The position numbers and the translations under genes are program-made. Shown here piece after piece: positions 53,418 through 64,000 of a stretch of 64,000 bases of DNA. Within the stretch, counting starts at the first letter, position 1; the number at the start of each line of letters is the position of its first letter. The DNA comes from Eledone cirrhosa (lineage: Eukaryota): the NCBI GenBank assembly GCA_964016885.1, contig OZ024745.1, positions 95,914,001-95,978,000 on the forward strand. The letters run 5' to 3'. A model generated the notes under the pieces. That model was not told the DNA's origin, did no database searches, and worked only from the letters and a program-made list of their open reading frames with translations.

Positions 53418-55830
53418 AATGCACATACTAATAATGAACATTCATATATACATGATGGCTGCAACTCAATTTCAAGTAATGCCATCACTTGATACTTAAT
53501 CATGAACATCACAGATGTGGCTTTTTAGTCCTGCTAGGGACTTGCCTATGGCCAGCAATGCCATGCAATCGCAAAAAATGTCACATATCAAGCGATGCCT
53601 GTGCTTGAAGCCTTTTTAAAGTGAGGAGAGACTTTGCACAGGGCCAATCTCACTTTCTGAACATTGAATGCATTTACCCAAAAAGTAGAACTGGTCTACA
53701 TCTTTGGATGCAAATGAAGTCACTGGTTTTGTATCAAGTGACCTTCTAATGAAGACTAGAAGTCTCTCGCTCAACAAAATGAAACCCCCAAAACCCCCCA
53801 AAATACTTTATTGAATGGCTCTCCTGAGTTCCTCCACCCTTTGACTGGTTTTGTTTTCATCCCACAGGATGTTGAAAATCACACTCCTCACCAAGCAAGC
53901 TTGGTGGGGTTGCCAGTTTAGTCACCAACAACCCGGCCATGCACAGGTTGTGTTGGGTTACATGTTACCAGTAGTGCTAGAATAAATGCATGCATACATA
54001 CATACATACATGGTGGCTGCCAACTCGTTTGAGAGTACGGCCATTACTTTATATCCATGTAGGAGAACCCCTACCGATGCGCTGAACGAGTGTGACTTTT
54101 TAGTCCAGCCAACGACTTGAAAACTCTGGTACAAACACTACACTTGTGACAATTATTGACACATAGTGTTGGGCCCATGGTACCATGTGACGACAAGTGC
54201 AGAGAGATCTTCTGATATAAAGCAATGCCTGTGTTGTGAAGCTTTTATAGTGAGCAAAGGCACTGCACAAAGCCAGTCCCACTCTCTTAACCAAGATGAT
54301 ATTTACCAAAATATATCATCATCATCATTACCGTTTAATGTCCATTTTGCCATGCTGGCACGTCAAGTTCAGACAAGTTGAGAAAATAACTATACGTTTG
54401 GCAAAGTGAGGTTTAAGCTCAATGTGAGTTGATAATCAGTAGGTGCAAATGGTGTAGAGCATCTGGAGTTAATCCAATGGTTATGGTTCACTCACTGCAT
54501 GGTTATATTATTCACAGAGTGAATACACATGTTGGTCAATTAAATGTACAATTTGGTTATTTTTATGTTTGTGTAAGTTATATATTCAATGCTTTCCACA
54601 AGGGAGCTTAAAATGTTATCTTGTAATGACAATAAGGAAAATGAAGAAAAGGAGTAAGATGGATTTTTGAAGTTATAGAGTGATCTACATGCAAGGTCCT
54701 TTAGTGAATTGCCAGACCCAGGATTATTTACTTGAGTAAATATCACCGGAATCTAACTACTAAATTTTATACAGAAAAGGATAAGATATATTTACAAAAC
54801 ACCATATCGAATACAAGTCTTCATTTTATTGTAACTCCGTTATAATTGTTGTACACAAATATCCTCATACATATTTAGGTATAGTCCAAAGCCCGTGATT
54901 AACATGTTCATCTTCAGTGTTGTCGGTTCGAAGGAAAGGCACCAAAGAGAGACAGAGCTGGCTGTGTTGCCGCTATTTATAACCTCTTTCCGGAAGTTGC
55001 AAAAGAGGGTTCTAGACTTTCGACGGGAAGTAACTCTAACTACTTCCCTGTCTAGAGAGCGCTACAGTCCCATAATGTTTGAGGGAGTCATAGGGCCACC
55101 ATATTGACTTTATAATGTTTCTAAGGCATTTTTAAATTTAGCAGAGCCCATCTCGTCTCCACATCTGAATACAGCAAATTTCTTTTAGAGAAAGATAGAG
55201 AATGAGAGAATGGAAATAAGAAAGAAATATAAAGGAAGAATCGACCCCAGTACTAGACTGGTACATTTTTTTATCAACTTTGAATGGATGAAAGACAAAG
55301 TTGACCTCGTTGGGATTTGAACTGAGAAAAAAGAGAGCCAGAACAAATGTTGCAAACTATTCTATCTGATATTTTAACAACTCCACCAATTCGCTGTCTA
55401 AAGGATCTATACAAGTATTTATTAAATAAGTTAGTTGAAGTTTTAAACAACAAACTTTATTATAACATTTTCTGGTTATAATTCTATCTTGTATTTGTTA
55501 ATCATTATCTATGTGCTTTGTATTTCTACATTTATACAATTTGCTGGATTTATTTTCTCATTCAACTTATCTTGCTGAGATTGGAACTTCATTGAGATTG
55601 AAACTTTATTTGTATAATTTATTTTTTTTACCAGAACTTTTACAGTTGTCATATATGTGTATGTGTGTGCATATGTCTTATAGTATTATGAACATTCAAA
55701 GAGGTTATTGTTCACAATAAATGTGATAATAGTGTTTTATTTCAGTCTGAATAATCTTACTAATTTCTAACATGACTAACAAAAGTAAAAGTACAAATAA
55801 AGATGAATTCTAATTATCTTAAATTATTTC

Positions 55831-56205
55831 AATAATTGTTTCTACTTTTGGAACAAGGCCAGCAATTATTCCAGTGCATTACTGGTACTTTATTTTATCG
55901 ACCCCGTAAGGATGAAAGGCAAAGTTAACCTTAGCGAAATTTGAACTCAGAATGTAAAGGGACGTAACTATGCTCTAAGCATGGCGTCCAATCCTCTTCC
56001 GATACTGCCAATTCATACAATAATTGTTTCTACGTTAGGCACAAGGCCAGCAATTACCCAGTGCATTACTGGTACTTTATTTTATCGACCCCGTAAGGAT
56101 GAAAGGCAAAGTTAACCTTGGCGGGATTTGAACTCAGAATGGCAAGGGCCGTAACTCTATACGTCAAAGCATGGCGTCCGACCCTCTACCAATACTGCCA
56201 ATCCA
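55831..56205 (-). mobile_element. Two tandem SINE family A copies
   Basis: Consensus at ~55831-56012 and ~56019-56205. Confidence 0.9.
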
Positions 56206-57198
56206 ACCTTATCATACAATAATAGTGTCTGAACATATTTGAGTGATATTTTTCAACCAATACTTTTATATAAATATTATAATATATATAGGTTTTGGGA
56301 AGAAAACACTGGAGCTCCTTTCTATTGTCTAATGGCTGTCTAAAAAAACCACCTCTGATGCACTCACCAAAGAGAAAACAAAGAATGTTATCTCTGTATC
56401 TTGTGTTGAACAACCTCATTCTCAGCAGTCCAGGTCCTCCAAACATTTTGATCACCACATGCTGAAAAAGTAGTTTAAGCTGGGCCACTGACAATGATGT
56501 TCTTATTATTTTTGGTGGTTTTTCTTAACATATCTAGTGATGTGCATGAGGATGCTTGGTTATTCCAGTGTATTAACCTGGCTATCACATGGAGCAATTC
56601 TGTGAGTGTGATGACTTGCCTCAAAAGTTATTAGAGAGAAACCCTAGTGCCTTTTGTGTCATGTGATTGAGTGTGAATGTCTTCTTTCACTTTTTTACAC
56701 TTTTTAAAAATATAAATTGTGTTTATTTGTCCGCATTCTCTTGAAATAAATATTACATTTTCTTTACATTCACCCACATATACATATGGAATATAAATAT
56801 ATATACACCAACCTACATGCCTAAATACCCACATAATTATGTAGTTGGTGCAACTAGCTCTTTATTTGGAATTTTATGCATGGATGCCTTTCCTAATGCC
56901 AACTAATTTAATGGGTGTACTGGGTGCATTTTTTCGTGGTACAAACACTAACACTTTACAGGGTGTAGAGGGTACATTTTATCATAGCACCAGCACTGGA
57001 GAGGTTAACACATGCTAGGCCAGACTGATGAATTCTCTTATACTGTATATTGTCTCTGATATTGATTGCCAAATGCTGTAATCTCCAGTCTCTCACCATG
57101 TTTACTAGTAGTGTTGCAGTGATAGTATGTATATAGGTATACATATCATGATCATCAGACAAGCACACAATTACAGAGTTTTAGTATATATATATACA

Positions 57199-58850
57199 CA
57201 GCGATTCTTTGCTTAAACTTGTAATCGTGTTCCTAAGGCTATGTAATTTAGTTAAATTACCTAGCCGTAGGAACACGTGCAACCCTGTAGCTAGTACTAA
57301 CTGTAATTGTAGGAATCGGGTTGACTGCCCCCTATCCGGGAAATGCCCCTCTAGTAACAGTCTACAAATGTAAGGTTGAAACACCCACGTCCCGTAGGGC
57401 CTACATAGGGTTAATCGCCAATAGATTCAAGCAGCGTCTTTACATGCATACCCATTCTTTTCTTAACCCTTTATGAAGGAATATGACGTCACTTTCAGCT
57501 TATATCTGGAGTCTAAAAGACAACCACACACAATATAAGTTACACTGGGAGATCCTAGCTGAGGCTAGATCGTATAATGGAAATAAAAGACCATGTGACC
57601 TCTGCGCCGCTGAAGCCCTGAAAATACTCTACACCAAAGACCACATCTTAAACAAAAAATCTGAGGCAATTTCGGCTTGTAAACATAAATTGCACAAAAC
57701 TTTCCTGTATTACAGCCCCACATTATATCCTAACGGATAGTACGAACTATACGCAGATATTTTACGTCTTGATGTGGTAGCTAAGTATATGTTATGCTTA
57801 TACCATTACTTATTTGTATAGGTAAGTATATATTACCTGTATACTTTGTAAAGTACGTATACTTTCTCGTACGTATATTTGCTTGTATATGTTATAGGCC
57901 TATATATTATATTATATATACTGGTACATGTGCATATGGTTATGTGTATACGCGAGTTTTGCGTCTGTGTGAGTATGCGTGTTCGTACGTATGTAGGATC
58001 TGTGTATATGTGTACTTTGTGTTTTGGTTGACGTACGTTTTGCGAACATATGTGTATTTACATGTAGGTATGTGTGCGCGCGCGTTATATACGTATTTAT
58101 GAGTGTATATTTATATACGTTTATATAATTATATGTATACACACACACAAATATATATATATTTTTATATATATTTTTATGTGTATTTGGTGTATACATT
58201 CGGTGACAGGCGTTGCATGGGTTCTGTATGTGCGTGTTTTTTTTTTGTGTACGTGCTTGTATTTGCATACCCATGGCGGGTGCTTTCGCGTATGCATGTG
58301 TATGTACGTATATGGATGCACGCTGTATATATTTAATTTCTGTTGATTTCAATTACCTCTGTAATTTATTTACATTATTCTTAACTCTGAAGCCGAGAAT
58401 TATTCGGTTTCCTAAATAGAATTTTAGTCTACGACTTCAGTTATACCATAAACGTGGTTTTGTCTTTGCGTGTAAGTGTTCTCATCACTGACGTGTTATC
58501 TTTGTTTTTTCCGTTCATTGTCAGAGAACGTCTTCACGAACCACCTAATAGAATATGAGTCTACGACTTCATTTATACCATAAACGTGGTTTTGTCTTTG
58601 CGTCTAATTGTTGTCACCGCTCCAAATAATGACGTATTATCTTCGTTTTTTTCAGTTCTTTGCCAGGGAACGTTTCCACGAACCAAAGTATCGTCTTCCT
58701 GACTTCCTTCGGTTGCAACGTTTTTCGAAATATTTACTTCTGCGTTCACAGATTGATTTTTTTAGTTTGAGAAGATCCTGTTAAGAGTGAAAGCAGCGAT
58801 TCTTTGCTTAAACTTTAATCTGTTATTTTAATAAATATTTGCTCTACAGT
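57199..58850 (+). mobile_element. Penelope-like element (Neptune-type) 3' fragment with terminal direct repeat
   Basis: RFKQRLYMH...TSLSAYIWSLKD...LHWEIL...CDLCAAEALKIL...LNKKSEAISACKH; cagcgattctttgcttaaactt repeated at 57199 and 58794. Confidence 0.85.
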
Positions 58851-58914
58851 TCTTATATATTTGATATATATTTATCCTTTTGGATTTTAGTCTTCAAATT
58901 TATTATTATTACTA

Positions 58915-59045
<131 letters not shown>

Positions 59046-59202
59046 TGGAATAAATGCTCTGAAATAGCGATATATATGTGAATATAGACATAGAATATTC
59101 GAAAATATTCTGTATGTTTATAATAAACATTTTGAAGACCTAATCGCTATAGAATAGAATACGTCACGTATTACAATTAGATTCTCGATAAAAGCAAGGG
59201 AA

Positions 59203-59245
59203 GTAATCTACGCGTTTCATTCTTGTTAGAAATCATCAGGACTAC
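59203..59245 (-). ncRNA. Type I hammerhead ribozyme (first of 4 minus-strand copies, every 310 bp to 60133-60175)
   Basis: Reverse complement of the motif at 60293-60335. Confidence 0.8.
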
Positions 59246-60292
59246 ATATCCAGTGCTTTTATCGAGAATGACACAGCTAGAGACTTATAGAATACTTAGC
59301 TGTGTACAGGAACTGGTTTGAAAGAGCGGTTGCCGGTCCGGCAGAAATTAGAAATTGGAATAAATGCTCTGAAATAGCGATATATATGTGAATATAGACA
59401 TAGAATATTCGAAAATATTCTGTATGTTTATAATAAACATTTTGAAGACCTAATCGCTATAGAATAGAATACGTCACGTATTACAATTAGATTCTCGATA
59501 AAAGCAAGGGAAGTAATCTACGCGTTTCATTCTTGTTAGAAATCATCAGGACTACATATCCAGTGCTTTTATCGAGAATGACACAGCTAGAGACTTATAG
59601 AATACTTAGCTGTGTACAGGAACTGGTTTGAAAGAGCGGTTGCCGGTCCGGCAGAAATTAGAAATTGGAATAAATGCTCTGAAATAGCGATATATATGTG
59701 AATATAGACATAGAATATTCGAAAATATTCTGTATGTTTATAATAAACATTTTGAAGACCTAATCGCTATAGAATAGAATACGTCACGTATTACAATTAG
59801 ATTCTCGATAAAAGCAAGGGAAGTAATCTACGCGTTTCATTCTTGTTAGAAATCATCAGGACTACATATCCAGTGCTTTTATCGAGAATGACACAGCTAG
59901 AGACTTATAGAATACTTAGCTGTGTACAGGAACTGGTTTGAAAGAGCGGTTGCCGGTCCGGCAGAAATTAGAAATTGGAATAAATGCTCTGAAATAGCGA
60001 TATATATGTGAATATAGACATAGAATATTCGAAAATATTCTGTATGTTTATAATAAACATTTTGAAGACCTAATCGCTATAGAATAGAATACGTCACGTA
60101 TTACAATTAGATTCTCGATAAAAGCAAGGGAAGTAATCTACGCGTTTCATTCTTGTTAGAAATCATCAGGACTACATATCCAGTGCTTTTATCGAGAATG
60201 ACACAGCTAGAGACTTATAGAATACTTCCTGTACACAGCTAAGTATTCTATAAGTCTCTAGCTGTGTCATTCTCGATAAAAGCACTGGATAT

Positions 60293-60335
60293 GTAGTCCT
60301 GATGATTTCTAACAAGAATGAAACGCGTAGATTAC
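60293..60335 (+). ncRNA. Type I hammerhead ribozyme (first of 10 plus-strand copies, every 310 bp to 63083-63125)
   Basis: gtagtc-CTGATGA-t-ttct-aaca-agaa-t-GAAA-cgcg-TA-gattac; helix I extended by a perfect 16-bp stem attctcgataaaagca/tgcttttatcgagaat; predicted cleavage after GUA (60329). Confidence 0.85.
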
Positions 60336-63247
60336 TTCCCTTGCTTTTATCGAGAATCTAATTGTAATACGTGACGTATTCTATTCTATAGCGATTAGGT
60401 CTTCAAAATGTTTATTATAAACATACAGAATATTTTCGAATATTCTATGTCTATATTCACATATATATCGCTATTTCAGAGCATTTATTCCAATTTCTAA
60501 TTTCTGCCGGACCGGCAACCGCTCTTTCAAACCAGTTCCTGTACACAGCTAAGTATTCTATAAGTCTCTAGCTGTGTCATTCTCGATAAAAGCACTGGAT
60601 ATGTAGTCCTGATGATTTCTAACAAGAATGAAACGCGTAGATTACTTCCCTTGCTTTTATCGAGAATCTAATTGTAATACGTGACGTATTCTATTCTATA
60701 GCGATTAGGTCTTCAAAATGTTTATTATAAACATACAGAATATTTTCGAATATTCTATGTCTATATTCACATATATATCGCTATTTCAGAGCATTTATTC
60801 CAATTTCTAATTTCTGCCGGACCGGCAACCGCTCTTTCAAACCAGTTCCTGTACACAGCTAAGTATTCTATAAGTCTCTAGCTGTGTCATTCTCGATAAA
60901 AGCACTGGATATGTAGTCCTGATGATTTCTAACAAGAATGAAACGCGTAGATTACTTCCCTTGCTTTTATCGAGAATCTAATTGTAATACGTGACGTATT
61001 CTATTCTATAGCGATTAGGTCTTCAAAATGTTTATTATAAACATACAGAATATTTTCGAATATTCTATGTCTATATTCACATATATATCGCTATTTCAGA
61101 GCATTTATTCCAATTTCTAATTTCTGCCGGACCGGCAACCGCTCTTTCAAACCAGTTCCTGTACACAGCTAAGTATTCTATAAGTCTCTAGCTGTGTCAT
61201 TCTCGATAAAAGCACTGGATATGTAGTCCTGATGATTTCTAACAAGAATGAAACGCGTAGATTACTTCCCTTGCTTTTATCGAGAATCTAATTGTAATAC
61301 GTGACGTATTCTATTCTATAGCGATTAGGTCTTCAAAATGTTTATTATAAACATACAGAATATTTTCGAATATTCTATGTCTATATTCACATATATATCG
61401 CTATTTCAGAGCATTTATTCCAATTTCTAATTTCTGCCGGACCGGCAACCGCTCTTTCAAACCAGTTCCTGTACACAGCTAAGTATTCTATAAGTCTCTA
61501 GCTGTGTCATTCTCGATAAAAGCACTGGATATGTAGTCCTGATGATTTCTAACAAGAATGAAACGCGTAGATTACTTCCCTTGCTTTTATCGAGAATCTA
61601 ATTGTAATACGTGACGTATTCTATTCTATAGCGATTAGGTCTTCAAAATGTTTATTATAAACATACAGAATATTTTCGAATATTCTATGTCTATATTCAC
61701 ATATATATCGCTATTTCAGAGCATTTATTCCAATTTCTAATTTCTGCCGGACCGGCAACCGCTCTTTCAAACCAGTTCCTGTACACAGCTAAGTATTCTA
61801 TAAGTCTCTAGCTGTGTCATTCTCGATAAAAGCACTGGATATGTAGTCCTGATGATTTCTAACAAGAATGAAACGCGTAGATTACTTCCCTTGCTTTTAT
61901 CGAGAATCTAATTGTAATACGTGACGTATTCTATTCTATAGCGATTAGGTCTTCAAAATGTTTATTATAAACATACAGAATATTTTCGAATATTCTATGT
62001 CTATATTCACATATATATCGCTATTTCAGAGCATTTATTCCAATTTCTAATTTCTGCCGGACCGGCAACCGCTCTTTCAAACCAGTTCCTGTACACAGCT
62101 AAGTATTCTATAAGTCTCTAGCTGTGTCATTCTCGATAAAAGCACTGGATATGTAGTCCTGATGATTTCTAACAAGAATGAAACGCGTAGATTACTTCCC
62201 TTGCTTTTATCGAGAATCTAATTGTAATACGTGACGTATTCTATTCTATAGCGATTAGGTCTTCAAAATGTTTATTATAAACATACAGAATATTTTCGAA
62301 TATTCTATGTCTATATTCACATATATATCGCTATTTCAGAGCATTTATTCCAATTTCTAATTTCTGCCGGACCGGCAACCGCTCTTTCAAACCAGTTCCT
62401 GTACACAGCTAAGTATTCTATAAGTCTCTAGCTGTGTCATTCTCGATAAAAGCACTGGATATGTAGTCCTGATGATTTCTAACAAGAATGAAACGCGTAG
62501 ATTACTTCCCTTGCTTTTATCGAGAATCTAATTGTAATACGTGACGTATTCTATTCTATAGCGATTAGGTCTTCAAAATGTTTATTATAAACATACAGAA
62601 TATTTTCGAATATTCTATGTCTATATTCACATATATATCGCTATTTCAGAGCATTTATTCCAATTTCTAATTTCTGCCGGACCGGCAACCGCTCTTTCAA
62701 ACCAGTTCCTGTACACAGCTAAGTATTCTATAAGTCTCTAGCTGTGTCATTCTCGATAAAAGCACTGGATATGTAGTCCTGATGATTTCTAACAAGAATG
62801 AAACGCGTAGATTACTTCCCTTGCTTTTATCGAGAATCTAATTGTAATACGTGACGTATTCTATTCTATAGCGATTAGGTCTTCAAAATGTTTATTATAA
62901 ACATACAGAATATTTTCGAATATTCTATGTCTATATTCACATATATATCGCTATTTCAGAGCATTTATTCCAATTTCTAATTTCTGCCGGACCGGCAACC
63001 GCTCTTTCAAACCAGTTCCTGTACACAGCTAAGTATTCTATAAGTCTCTAGCTGTGTCATTCTCGATAAAAGCACTGGATATGTAGTCCTGATGATTTCT
63101 AACAAGAATGAAACGCGTAGATTACTTCCCTTGCTTTTATCGAGAATCTAATTGTAATACGTGACGTATTCTATTCTATAGCGATTAGGTCTTCAAAATG
63201 TTTATTATAAACATACAGAATATTTTCGAATATTCTATGTCTATATT

Positions 63248-63324
<77 letters not shown>

Positions 63325-63330
<6 letters not shown>

Positions 63331-63502
63331 AAGGAATTGTGGTAAGGAACCAGATGGGCCATAACGCACCAAAGTACTCAATACTTAGTGTACTAGAGTG
63401 GGTAATCGGAACAAGTATGACCCCGACGGCAGAGCTCAAGCAGTTTCGACCAGAAATAGCCGTCGAAACGGCTTGAGCTCTGCCGTCGGGGTCATACTTG
63501 TT

Positions 63503-63504
<2 letters not shown>
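63325..63504 (-). mobile_element. Short TA-inserted element ending in a 43-bp-arm hairpin
   Basis: Arms 63408-63450 and 63462-63504 with one mismatch, 11-nt loop; (TA)n on both sides; homologue at 8198-8350. Confidence 0.75.
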
Positions 63505-63574
<70 letters not shown>

Positions 63575-64000
63575 TCATCATCACTGTTTATCATCTATTT
63601 CCCACAGGGAAATTGAGCGTAAATGAGAAAGACAAGGCCAGCTAAAACAAAACAACAATAAAAGTATCAGGTATTAGGGCCTCACACAATAATCTAAGCC
63701 AATATCTAAATTTACAATTCTCTTCAGGCCAGTAAGAGCGAGCCAATATGAGGTACTAATGTTTATAATTTGAGAACTTAAGCATTCCATTATTAGGGCT
63801 GATAACAGAACCTGATGACTGAACAAAGAATGTCAAACATGTAGAACTAATTTGCAGATATATTGTTGCCACAATACGTGACACAACCTTTCAATTTGTT
63901 CTAACACTATTACAGCAATATCTCTGTCTTCTGTGATTTTATTCAAGTAGTTCCAGTAATTTGTCTCCTGTGATGAAAAATGTTTATATCTAATTTTTTT

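Overview
AT-rich, repeat-dense eukaryotic genomic DNA, probably a coleoid cephalopod (octopus-like; inferred from the SINE/LINE repertoire and dense (TA)n/(CAT)n tracts). No intact long gene is visible. Main contents: (1) a head-to-tail stack of four decayed Tx1-clade LINE pieces separated by (TATC)n tails (10.4-20.7 kb). (2) A 9-kb non-autonomous Helitron swollen by an internal ~640-bp tandem array, inserted in one arm of an older inverted-repeat element (24.5-33.5 kb). (3) Three Penelope-like (GIY-YIG) 3' fragments and one small non-coding element, each carrying a type I hammerhead ribozyme motif. (4) Most notably, a 310-bp tandem array (59.0-63.25 kb) whose 14 apparently identical units each contain a minimal type I hammerhead. 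The array is arranged as a fold-back palindrome between (TA)n tracts and resembles a retrozyme/circular-RNA-derived insertion. Also present: tRNA-derived SINEs, piggyBac-type MITEs, RTE, CR1 and R4-like fragments, and possible minus-strand host microexons. All calls come from reading the sequence by eye; no searches or folding programs were run.
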